NCBI GenBank assembly: GCA_021513695.1
Contig: CP084166.1
Coordinates: 1,120,001 to 1,184,000 of the forward strand
From: Candidatus Heimdallarchaeum aukensis
GTDB lineage: Archaea; Asgardarchaeota; Heimdallarchaeia; Heimdallarchaeales; Heimdallarchaeaceae
Direction of reading: 5' to 3'
DNA: 64,000 nt
The stretch's first letter is position 1. Each line of letters starts with the position of its first letter. Below the pieces are notes generated by a model that saw only the letters and a list, made by a program, of their open reading frames with translations, was not told where the DNA came from and ran no database searches. The translations under genes and the position numbers were made by a program. Positions 8,573-17,427 of the stretch are shown here, in pieces.

Positions 8573-9349
8573 ATGTCCCAGAAAAAAACTGAATTCCTTG
8601 AACCTGTTTTATCTAATGATTTAATAGTCACATTAAACGCTGCAATTGGTGAGCGAATGCTAATTTTAGCAGGCAGCTGTACAGCTTTTTTTGATGGAAG
8701 AATAAAGTCTACTTTAGAATTAGGAGAGAGGATATTAATAATTAAAAAAGACCTATCCATATTAATGCATGGAGTTTCAGGGGTAAAACCTTTAAATTGG
8801 CAAAAGCCAAATCAAGGGCCAATTTCATTTCTAAAAGAGAAAAATGAATTAGTTATGTACACAAAAAGGAAAAAAACAGAAGAAGAGTTATGGATTAGAT
8901 TTCGTTCTATTGATTTTGTTATTTTATGGTCAGGTAGCGATTTTTCTTCTTTAGAGATTTATGGGGATGAATCTGACCTTGTTCAATATCTCGTAAAACA
9001 TCCCTCAATAATTGAAAAGGATTTGCAAATTCTTTCTACAGAATACCCAACTGATGTAGGATTTGTTGACATTAAAGCTCTTGATAGCAAGAAAAGACTG
9101 ATTATTATTGAAGTAAAAAAACGTAACGCTACACCTTCAGATGCTTTTCAGTTAAAAAGATATAAGGACTATTTTGAAAATATCGAAAATAAAAAAATTA
9201 GAGCTATACTTGTTGCTCCTTCTTTCCCTGACAAAGTAAAAAAATATTTAGAGATAAATAACTTAGAATTTCAAGAAGTAGATTGGAAAAACATCTTTCC
9301 CACTATTTCTAGAGAAAAAAATATGAAAATTGATGATTTCTTTTTCTGA
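8573..9349 (+). CDS. nucS: NucS/EndoMS mismatch-specific endonuclease
   Basis: The N-terminal half follows the NucS pattern (..ILAGSCTAFFDGRIKSTLELGERILIIKKDLSILMHG..). The C-terminal RecB-like nuclease motif is GFVDIKALDSKKRLIIIEVKKRNATPSDAFQLKRY. The ~258 aa length fits. Confidence 0.85.
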   Translation: MSQKKTEFLEPVLSNDLIVTLNAAIGERMLILAGSCTAFFDGRIKSTLELGERILIIKKDLSILMHGVSGVKPLNWQKPNQGPISFLKEKNELVMYTKRKKTEEELWIRFRSIDFVILWSGSDFSSLEIYGDESDLVQYLVKHPSIIEKDLQILSTEYPTDVGFVDIKALDSKKRLIIIEVKKRNATPSDAFQLKRYKDYFENIENKKIRAILVAPSFPDKVKKYLEINNLEFQEVDWKNIFPTISREKNMKIDDFFF

Positions 9350-9468
9350 AATTATGAAGTTATAGAAAAAGTTGAAAAAAGAAGAAAGAAAGGGAGAGGA
9401 AAGAAAGCGGAGGAGAGAGGAAAGGAGGGAAAATGAGGAGTTTAAATAGTGAAAAAAAGTAAAAATGA

Positions 9469-10728
9469 ATGAATGAGAAAATGAGGAAAAAGGTGTGGCG
9501 AACTGAGGAAATATGGGGGAAAGAATCGATCACTCTAAAGCAGTTGGCACACCAGGTAAAAAACTTGTATAATCAAGCAAATTACATTATTAAGTATCAG
9601 TTAAGAAAAAGTAAATATTTCACGAGAGAGTTCGAACTGATGAATATTTTAAGGTATCACCCGACCTACACAGCACTACCTGGTCATACGGCACAACAGA
9701 CGATAAAGTTTCTATGTTTAGCGTGGAAAGGGTATTTTAGGTCTTTAGAAGAATGCAAAAAAGAACCAGAAAAGTTTAATGGTAAACCCCGTCCTCCAAA
9801 ATAGAAGAAGAAAGATGGACTTGCTATAATCTATTTTACTAACTCTCAAGTGAAAATTAAAGAAGAAAAAGAGCAAGAAAAAGAAAAATTTTTTATCTCT
9901 TTCCCTAAACGTGTAGGACTAAAGATAGTTACAAGACTGTGTCCTTCAACGAAAGTGAAGTTTGCCCGTCTTATACCTATGGGAACGAAATTTAAATTAG
10001 AGATAGTTTACGAGAAAGAGATAGAAGAACGAAAAAAACGACATGCAGAAAGAGTTCTAGCTCTTGATCTGGGAGTGAATAACCTTGTAGGCGGGTTAAC
10101 CACTATTCCTGGTGAAAAAGGTTTTCTGATAAATGGTAGACCCATTAAAGCTGTTAATCAGTGGTTTAATAAACGTAGGGCAAAATTACAGTCAATCTAT
10201 GACAAGCAAGGATTAAACACCTGGGGAAGAAAAATGCTTACTCTCCAGTTAGAACGAATGTGTAAAATAGCTGACTATTTCCATAAAGCAAGTAGGAAGA
10301 TAATAGACTACTGTTTAGAAAAAAACATTGATACGATAGTTATAGGTTACAACCCCAGATGGAAACAGAAAGTGAATATGGGAAAGAAAAATAACCAAAC
10401 CTTTGTTTTTATCCCCTTTAAATCCCTCATTGATAAAATCACTTACAAAGCAGAAGAAAAAGGGATAAAAGTTATTCCTACCGAAGAGTCCTACACCTCT
10501 GTCTGCAGTTTCTTAGATAATGAAGAGATAGCTTTTCACCCCCATTATGCTGGCAAAAGAACTCACCGTGGACTGTTCATCAGTACCAGAGGATTAAAAA
10601 TTAATGCTGATATCAACTCTGCAGGTAATATCGGTCGCAAAGTATTCCCCACGTTATTCTCTGTTATGTTTAACTACGGGATAGTCTGGGCTGCAGTGGT
10701 TCACCCCGTCCGTTGGAAAATAAGTTAG
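9469..10728 (+). pseudogene. tnpB: tnpB interrupted by one in-frame TAG (9802-9804); tracked as two ORFs, 9469-9804 and 9850-10728
   Basis: Both tracked ORFs are in the same frame (start coordinates both = 1 mod 3). The sequence reads ...GKPRPPK*KKKDGLAIIYFTNSQVKIK... with no other stop. RuvC motifs are intact (ALDLGVNNL, TEESYTS, NADINSAGNI). The read-through length of ~419 aa is typical for TnpB. Confidence 0.8.
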
Positions 10729-10802
10729 CAAGTTAAGTTAGTCCAGCTCTTATGCTGTTCTTTCTCTTTCTTTTTTTCCACCGACTAAACTTCCTCCTCC
10801 TT

Positions 10803-10823
10803 CCGATTTTTAATCTAAATCGG
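10803..10823 (+). repeat. Right-end subterminal hairpin of IS copy B (CCGATTTT-TAATC-TAAATCGG)
   Basis: Same hairpin as 640-660, with one change at the loop-proximal base pair. Confidence 0.6.
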
Positions 10824-10860
10824 AATTTAGGAAAAAGTAAACCATGATTTTTTTTAAGAA

Positions 10861-11172
10861 TCATTCTGTTATACATTCTGCTTCAGGAATAATTATCCAA
10901 GCAATAACATATGCTATAAATAATGATGTCCCACTAGCAAAAAAAAGCAATATTGCCAGCAATCTAACCAATGAAACATCCATATTAGAATAGATCGCAA
11001 GTCCAGAACACACTCCGCCTAGTACTTTATTGTTAGCACATCTAAATAATTTATTTGATTGAGGGTAATAAGTCGAAGATGGAACGGTTTGCTCTTCTTC
11101 AAATTGGCGCCCACATTTTTGACAAAACAATGACCCCGGGGGGTTATCTGTACCACATTGTTCACAAATCAC
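10861..11172 (-). CDS. Zinc-ribbon + PspC-domain membrane protein
   Basis: N-terminal CxxC...CxxC (CEQCG...CQKCG), then the PspC-domain pattern NKVLGGVCSGLAIYSNMDVSLVRLLAILLFF followed by a TM helix. Confidence 0.75.
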   Translation of the reverse strand: MICEQCGTDNPPGSLFCQKCGRQFEEEQTVPSSTYYPQSNKLFRCANNKVLGGVCSGLAIYSNMDVSLVRLLAILLFFASGTSLFIAYVIAWIIIPEAECITE

Positions 11173-11380
11173 ACAATCACCACTATCTAATGAATTTCTA
11201 GAGATATAAATCTATTCAAATAAAACAGGATAAATTCTTTTCAAACTTAAAATTAAGCATTTTTTAGCTAGTATATGAAATTGAAATTAATTATTTTTGT
11301 AGCAAGTTTTTGCTTATTATTATAAGCCTCTAATTAACAAATAGTAAAATTTTAAATAAAAGTGATAATTCTGTCATTTG

Positions 11381-12394
11381 ATGTCTGATATTCCTTTTAT
11401 TATTATTAACCCCCAAGCTCGTTCTGGTAAAATAGGTAAAAAACTTGAAGAGATAAAGAAAAAGTTCAAACAATATCTTGGGGAATTTGAGTATGAGTTA
11501 ACACAAGGTCCTTTAGATGAAATAAGAATAGCAACAGAAGCTATAGAAAAAGGATTTAAGAAAATACTTGTTTGTGGCGGAGATGGTACAGCAACAAACA
11601 CTGGAGATGCAATCATAAATTCAGGAAATAAAGATGTGGTTCTAGGTTTAATAAGTGCAGGAAGCATGTGTGACTGGCATAAAACCCATTCAATTCCCTT
11701 TAATATGGATGAAAGTTTACAAATTATCGCAGAAGGACATTACGAATCTTTTCCTGCTATGAAATGCATAGGAGACAAAACTTACTACTCTTTTGACATG
11801 GCTGATGGTGGTTTCACTGGCGCAGCAGCTGCAGCAGCACATCATGAAGTGAAATGGATCAAGAATGGAGACATAAAATACTTATGGTTAGCTCTTAAAT
11901 ATGTTCTAGTATCAAAAAACACTAAAGCCAAAATTACTATTGACGACAGAGAACCAATAGAAATAAATGATTTCACAAATCTTATCGTTGCCTTTGGAGA
12001 TGAAATTGTAGGATTTAAAGTTCTTCCTGGAAATGACTATTTCTCAAGAGTTAACAAAGATTTAGGTGTTTTTGTTCTTCACAAACTCAAAGGGTTTAGA
12101 AGAATTATTATGCTAATTAGGGCATTAAGCGCAAAGCATGTAGGTAAAAAAGGTGTTTGGTTAACAAGAGGAAGAAAAGTAGTCATAGAAACCGAGAGAC
12201 CTATTCCCTGGGAAGCAGAAGGAGAGATATTTAACGAAAAATCTCACACAGTAACAATTGAATATGTAGAAGATGCTCTGAAACTATTCGTTCCAAAGAA
12301 CAGAACTTACAATGATAAAATAGACGAAAATATCTACAATGAGCCTTTTGAAAATTCATTCAAAAAAAGAAAAGTAGAAATTTATAAAAAATAA
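11381..12394 (+). CDS. Diacylglycerol kinase-family lipid kinase (YegS/DAGK catalytic domain)
   Basis: The pattern IIINPQARSGK...ILVCGGDGT is typical of the DAGK_cat family. I chose ATG 11381 rather than the tracked TTG 11378. Confidence 0.75.
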   Translation: MSDIPFIIINPQARSGKIGKKLEEIKKKFKQYLGEFEYELTQGPLDEIRIATEAIEKGFKKILVCGGDGTATNTGDAIINSGNKDVVLGLISAGSMCDWHKTHSIPFNMDESLQIIAEGHYESFPAMKCIGDKTYYSFDMADGGFTGAAAAAAHHEVKWIKNGDIKYLWLALKYVLVSKNTKAKITIDDREPIEINDFTNLIVAFGDEIVGFKVLPGNDYFSRVNKDLGVFVLHKLKGFRRIIMLIRALSAKHVGKKGVWLTRGRKVVIETERPIPWEAEGEIFNEKSHTVTIEYVEDALKLFVPKNRTYNDKIDENIYNEPFENSFKKRKVEIYKK

Positions 12395-12396
12395 TT

Positions 12397-14352
12397 CTAC
12401 TTTTTATTTTCTAACTTTTTTGACCAAGTATCTTTTAATGTAATTATTCTGTTGAAAACTAAATTGTCTTTTGTCGTATCATTATCAATAATGAAATAGC
12501 CCAGTCTTTCGAATTGATATCTTGACCCGATTTCTGCTTTTGCGAGGAATGATTCAACAAAACCCTTGACGATTCTTAATGAATCAGGGTTTATGTAATC
12601 AGTGAAATCTTTTCCTTCCTCTACATCTAAAGGATTTTCTTTCATGAATAATCTATCATATAACCTTATTTCAGCTGGAATAGCATTCTTCTCAGATATC
12701 CAATGGATACTTACTTTTACTTCTGGGTCGTCTTTAGTAGAATTTGATTTTGAATCTGGGTCATAAGAACAGTGTAACTCTTTGATTTTGCCTGTTTTTT
12801 CATCTTTTATTACTTTCTCACATTTTATTGTATAGCTGTATTTTAACTTAACTTTTCGTCCAGGTGCGAGTCTGTAGAAATCTTCAGGAGGTTCTTCTTC
12901 AAAGTCGCTATTATCGATATAGATTACTTTACTGAAAGTTATCGTTCTTTTACCCATTTCTTTGTTTCGAGTATGGTTATCAACTTCGATTTTTTCTTCT
13001 TTATCTTCTGGATAATTAGTTATTATAACTTTTAAGGGTTCAATTACACTCATAACTCTTGGACATCGTTCTTCTAGATCTTCTCTTATGTAATGTTCTA
13101 AAATTGATAAATCAACTATTCTTTCTCTTTTGGATACACCTATACCATCGGTGAACTTCTTTATTGCTTCAGGAGTAACTCCTCGTCTTCTGAAGGCAGC
13201 TATCGTAGGCATACGGGGGTCATCCCAACCATCAACATATCCTTCATTTACTAAGCGTAGCAATTTTCTTTTACTCATCACAGTATAAGAAAGATTTAAT
13301 CTGGCAAACTCTATTTGCTGTGGATGAAAGATTGGATTACCTTCTTCATCTTCTAATTGATCAAGAAACCAATCGTACAATTCTCTATGTACCTCAAATT
13401 CCAAGGTACAAATAGAATGAGTTATTCCTTCAATAGAGTCTTCTAAACCATGAGCCCAATCATATAATGGATATATACACCATTTATCCCCAGTGTTATG
13501 GTGAGTTTTATGTAATATTCTGTAAATTATAGGATCCCTCATTAAGAGGTTAGGGTGTGACATATCAATTTTAGCTCGTAAGACTTTTTCTCCATCAGCG
13601 AACTCTCCGTTCTTCATTCTTTCAAATAAATCGAGATTTTCTTCTATGCTTCTATTTCTATATGGGCTCTCTTTTCCTGGTTCTGTTACTGTCCCTCTTA
13701 ATTTCCTTATTTCCTCAACACTCAAATCGTCAACATACGCTTTCCCTTTTTTAATTAGTTGAACTGCATACCCATATAATTGGTCAAAATAATCAGAAGC
13801 AAAGAAGAGTCTATCTTCCCAATCAGCTCCTAGCCATTTAACATCCTCAATAATTGATTTCACGTATTCTTCCTCTTCAGTAATAGGATTAGTGTCATCA
13901 AACCTGAGGTTGAATTTACCATTATACTCTTTTGCTATCCCATAATTGAGGTTAACAGAAACAGCATGTCCAATATGTAGGTACCCATTTGGTTCTGGAG
14001 GAAAACGAGTATGAACTCTTCCATTATATTTACCCGTTTTCATATCTTCGTTTATTATTTTACGGATGAAATCAACTTCTTTTGTCTCTTTTACTTCTTC
14101 TTTTTCTTCCGAAAGTAGCTCAGGGTATTTGCGTTGAATAAGTTGCTTAGTTTCATCTAGAGGTTGTGCATTGAGTTTTTCTATCATTTTATGTGCAATT
14201 TCCTTCAATTCTTTTGCACGACCTCGAAACTCTGGATGGTTTGACATTAATTTACCCATCACAGCGCTAAGTTTCGCGTTGCCAAATTCTAGAATATTCT
14301 CTAGTACATATTTTTCAATGATGTCTTCTTCGGAATTCATTGTGACATACAT
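12397..14352 (-). CDS. glnS: Glutamine--tRNA ligase (GlnRS) with a ~95-aa N-terminal appended helical domain
   Basis: Long collinear similarity to E. coli GlnRS as I remember it: [36 protein letters not shown] (HIGH), [48 protein letters not shown] (KMSKS), [10 protein letters not shown]. Confidence 0.85.
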   Translation of the reverse strand: MYVTMNSEEDIIEKYVLENILEFGNAKLSAVMGKLMSNHPEFRGRAKELKEIAHKMIEKLNAQPLDETKQLIQRKYPELLSEEKEEVKETKEVDFIRKIINEDMKTGKYNGRVHTRFPPEPNGYLHIGHAVSVNLNYGIAKEYNGKFNLRFDDTNPITEEEEYVKSIIEDVKWLGADWEDRLFFASDYFDQLYGYAVQLIKKGKAYVDDLSVEEIRKLRGTVTEPGKESPYRNRSIEENLDLFERMKNGEFADGEKVLRAKIDMSHPNLLMRDPIIYRILHKTHHNTGDKWCIYPLYDWAHGLEDSIEGITHSICTLEFEVHRELYDWFLDQLEDEEGNPIFHPQQIEFARLNLSYTVMSKRKLLRLVNEGYVDGWDDPRMPTIAAFRRRGVTPEAIKKFTDGIGVSKRERIVDLSILEHYIREDLEERCPRVMSVIEPLKVIITNYPEDKEEKIEVDNHTRNKEMGKRTITFSKVIYIDNSDFEEEPPEDFYRLAPGRKVKLKYSYTIKCEKVIKDEKTGKIKELHCSYDPDSKSNSTKDDPEVKVSIHWISEKNAIPAEIRLYDRLFMKENPLDVEEGKDFTDYINPDSLRIVKGFVESFLAKAEIGSRYQFERLGYFIIDNDTTKDNLVFNRIITLKDTWSKKLENKK

Positions 14353-14513
14353 TAAATTTTCATCAAATTAAAATCTTTAGTCTTTAGTTAAAAGAGAGTT
14401 AAACATAAAGGTGTTTAAATTACTTTTTCCTCCTTAGGAAGTTTTGACTTAGATATCACTATTTTGCAAAAAAAAGAATGAATTATTACAAGTTAAACAA
14501 GAAACACTTCGTA

Positions 14514-15713
14514 CTACCCTATTAGTGGTTGAGGAGCATGAGTTAATTGTTTTACTTTTGATTGTTCAATCGCATAAGTATTTTCTGAACCCAAAGTCAT
14601 CCTATTTGGAAAGATCAATTTGGGTTCAACTGCGAGAACATTTCCTTCTTGAATCACATAGTCAGACCTTTTAATTATAACTGGCAAATCATTTAACTCT
14701 AAACCAACTCCATGAGCAAGAAAGGGTATTTGTCCTCCTAACATCATTGTTTTATCTAATCCTAGTTCTTTAGCGAATTCATAGGACGCCATATAAATTT
14801 CAGAAACTTTCTTTCCTACTTTTAATAACTCTGCTACCTTTTTCTCACACAGCCAAGACTGATAGTATAATTCTTTGATAGAATCAGATGGATTACCAAA
14901 AACATAGCATCTTGTTTCATCAGCAATGTAGCCTTTATAGGTTGCAGAAATGTCAACGAGCACTATTTCATCTTGTTTTATCTTTTTCTTACTAGGTCCC
15001 CAAGGATTTGATTGATGTAGCCCTGGGCCAGCAGTTGCAGTTAATGTATAGCTAGAAATACCTGTGTTAATTCCTGATAGAACAATTCCATTTCCACCTG
15101 CTTCTGTATAAAAATCTCTGCTTCGTACTGAAGCTTGAGCTCCATTTTTCCTCATTTCGGCATATAATAATCCACTTGCTTCTATCTCTGTCATCCCAGG
15201 TTTTATTATTTCTAGGACTTTTGAATGAACTTCATCTAAAATTTTAGCAGCTTTAGCAATCTGATTGATTTCATTTTTAGACTTTGATGCACGTAATTCT
15301 CGTAATACTCTACCAATAGATGTAGTCTTTTTCTCAGGAAATAGTTTTGCTAATTTTTGAAATAGATCATAGGGTAAAACATCTCCTTCCAGACCGATTA
15401 ATCCTTCTTTTCCAAGCTCAAACTCTTTTTTTTCTAAATGGTTAATTATCTCATTTGTTCTTCGAATTGGGACAATATTCTCGATAATTGTTTCTTCTTT
15501 TATTCTATCTAGCACCCTTCTAGCAAAAAGTATACTCTCTCCTTCTTGGGGAATGAATAACAGACAGGATTGTCCTGTTCCTGAATAATAATAGAGATCT
15601 GACTTATATTGAATGATAGAAAAGTCAATATCTAGTTCAGCCAATTTTTTTTGCAAACGTTGAATCCTTTCTTCAAACTCTTCTTTTGGAATATCATCTT
15701 TTTCTAAAATCAT
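14514..15713 (-). CDS. M24-family Xaa-Pro aminopeptidase/prolidase-like protein
   Basis: Creatinase-like N-domain followed by a pita-bread fold, with metal-ligand contexts (VLVDISATYKGYIADETR, HGVGLELND, VLAVEP). Confidence 0.75.
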   Translation of the reverse strand: MILEKDDIPKEEFEERIQRLQKKLAELDIDFSIIQYKSDLYYYSGTGQSCLLFIPQEGESILFARRVLDRIKEETIIENIVPIRRTNEIINHLEKKEFELGKEGLIGLEGDVLPYDLFQKLAKLFPEKKTTSIGRVLRELRASKSKNEINQIAKAAKILDEVHSKVLEIIKPGMTEIEASGLLYAEMRKNGAQASVRSRDFYTEAGGNGIVLSGINTGISSYTLTATAGPGLHQSNPWGPSKKKIKQDEIVLVDISATYKGYIADETRCYVFGNPSDSIKELYYQSWLCEKKVAELLKVGKKVSEIYMASYEFAKELGLDKTMMLGGQIPFLAHGVGLELNDLPVIIKRSDYVIQEGNVLAVEPKLIFPNRMTLGSENTYAIEQSKVKQLTHAPQPLIG

Positions 15714-15765
15714 TAAGTTTCAAAAAAAAATGTATGTTAAAATACTTTCGAAAGGTATTTTGTTC

Positions 15766-16425
15766 TTAAACTATCTTTACCCATCTGGGTTCATACTCAT
15801 ATTTTGCAAATTTCACTCTTATTAGCTGAGTTGGACCTTTTTCTAGGTCATCTTCTCTTCTTGTTTCAACCATCATATCGGCAATACTATGAAGAGAACG
15901 CTCTATTTGCTCATCCATTACGCCTTTGTCCAATACTAGTAAAGCACATTGGTTTCTAAGTCTAATTCTAGCTGCAACAGTTTGGATAAAATTAATCACT
16001 TGCATGGGATCATTATAGAGCATTAATAGAGAAAATTGATCAAAAACTATTCTTAACTTATCACTCTGTTGAGAACGCTCGTTAATACTTACAGAAATTG
16101 ACAACAGATCATTTGCTTTCTCAACAATTATGGTATTAGGCGTTTTCTCTTTGGGTAGGGCCCTAAATGAAAAAACATCAATAAAATTTAATCTTCCTTT
16201 CTCTATATGTTCGTCTATGTTATCTATACGCTTTTTTAGAATATTGAGTGTATCAAGAGCAGAGTTAGCATATAATACTAAAAGAACAGAATCACCATTA
16301 TTCAATCCATCTTCTATGAATCTGTACATCATTTCTCTTTTAGACGTACCAGATTCTCCTGTCATTAAAATGAGTGAGGAATCTATGGATCGTGTTAAGA
16401 TATCTATTCTTGTTTTAACTGACAT
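15766..16425 (-). CDS. KaiC/RecA-superfamily ATPase-like protein with a degenerate P-loop
   Basis: Single-domain KaiC-like layout (..SLILMTGESGTSKREMMYRFIEDGLNNGDSVLLVLY.., later ..ALLVLD..). Walker A reads GESGTSKR instead of GxxxxGK[ST]. Confidence 0.6.
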   Translation of the reverse strand: MSVKTRIDILTRSIDSSLILMTGESGTSKREMMYRFIEDGLNNGDSVLLVLYANSALDTLNILKKRIDNIDEHIEKGRLNFIDVFSFRALPKEKTPNTIIVEKANDLLSISVSINERSQQSDKLRIVFDQFSLLMLYNDPMQVINFIQTVAARIRLRNQCALLVLDKGVMDEQIERSLHSIADMMVETRREDDLEKGPTQLIRVKFAKYEYEPRWVKIV

Positions 16426-16442
16426 ACATACTAACCCTCTAT

Positions 16443-17177
16443 TTATTTGCTCATAGCTTTATAAGCTTCTTGACAGAATGTTAATGCTTCTGAAATGAGA
16501 TTACTTTTATCTACGTTTTGAGAACCTAAACGTAGTTTGAAACAAGTATGTACTACTTCAGAAGGTAAGTTATCAGCATACTTTTCTTTGATAAGGTCTT
16601 GAACATTGCTTCTATAGAATTCTGTTTCACCATTATAATACATAAAAGCACAAGCGCAGCCTAAAACAGCATCTACAGTCATATAAATTGCTTGATATTC
16701 ATCTTCTGGAGGATATAACACTAGATCTTTCATTTGGTTATAAAATTCTGTTCCCATTGCTCTTGCTGATTCTTTTATTGCATCTTCAGTAACCTTTAAA
16801 GCTGAAAATGGGTTTTTTCCAATCAGTTCTCTTCCTTTTTGGGCTAAAAGGATTTGAGTAGCAGGTAACGATGAAATTGAAGAAGCTTCTAAAACTTTAA
16901 CATCAATTAATGAAGCAAATAATGGGTCTTCCAAATATTTAGTAATTATTTTACCCAATTTACTAATTGTTTTTTCCCACTTATTTTTTGTTGCAAATTT
17001 TTCATCAATTATTACTAAAAAGTCACAGTCGGATTCTCCTGCGATGTGTACGTTGTCAACTACACTTCCAACTAGAAGAAGACTTTTTACTTCTTTCTCA
17101 AGTTGCTCTTTTATATCCTTAGAAAACTCATCGATCAAACTTTGATATTCATCTCTTGTAAAGCCCATTTCTTTCAC
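16443..17177 (-). CDS. Nucleotidyltransferase-domain protein (minimal NTase N-terminus + helical C-terminal domain)
   Basis: LLVGSVVDNVHIAGESDCDFLVII matches the GS-x(n)-DxD minimal nucleotidyltransferase motif. The C-terminal ~120 aa is helical (HEPN-like is possible but unverified). Confidence 0.6.
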   Translation of the reverse strand: MKEMGFTRDEYQSLIDEFSKDIKEQLEKEVKSLLLVGSVVDNVHIAGESDCDFLVIIDEKFATKNKWEKTISKLGKIITKYLEDPLFASLIDVKVLEASSISSLPATQILLAQKGRELIGKNPFSALKVTEDAIKESARAMGTEFYNQMKDLVLYPPEDEYQAIYMTVDAVLGCACAFMYYNGETEFYRSNVQDLIKEKYADNLPSEVVHTCFKLRLGSQNVDKSNLISEALTFCQEAYKAMSK

Positions 17178-17427
17178 CTTTTTATTTATGCGAACATGTT
17201 TTTATATACTATAAATAATTTACTGATTATAATAATTTTTTCTGTTTTACCGTAAAAATAGAGAAAAAAAGTATAATGACGAAGGAATAATAGGCAAAAA
17301 CAGTTTTTTCTCAATACTGGAAGCAAAAAACAAATAACCCCCACAATTTAGCATATCATATTAGGGAAAACGCTTAATTATATTATGATAAAATTAATTA
17401 ATATACAGCTTTTTCTATGTGATTACT

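Larger units (their letters stand above)
9350..10845 (+). mobile_element. TnpB-only IS200/IS605-family (IS1341-like) element, copy B; left boundary uncertain (somewhere in 9350-9468)
   Basis: Contains the tnpB reading frame. The right end is defined by loss of similarity to copy A after GTAAACCAT (10837-10845). No tnpA (Y1 transposase) is present. Confidence 0.75.

Noticed and set aside
926-8760. Assorted short ORFs nested in or antisense to longer genes (926-1126, 3286-3525, 5084-5266, 6618-6833, 6726-6965, 8524-8760)
   Set aside because: Each lies entirely within or opposite a longer ORF that has clear family motifs. Their compositions are biased and they contain no recognisable motifs.
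9802-9804. In-frame TAG in tnpB as a pyrrolysine or other recoding signal
   Set aside because: TAG is used as an ordinary stop by neighbouring genes (e.g. 7594-7596 and 59919-59921). No pyl genes are visible in the window. The position corresponds to a conserved Tyr, one substitution away from TAG. A nonsense mutation or sequencing error is more parsimonious.
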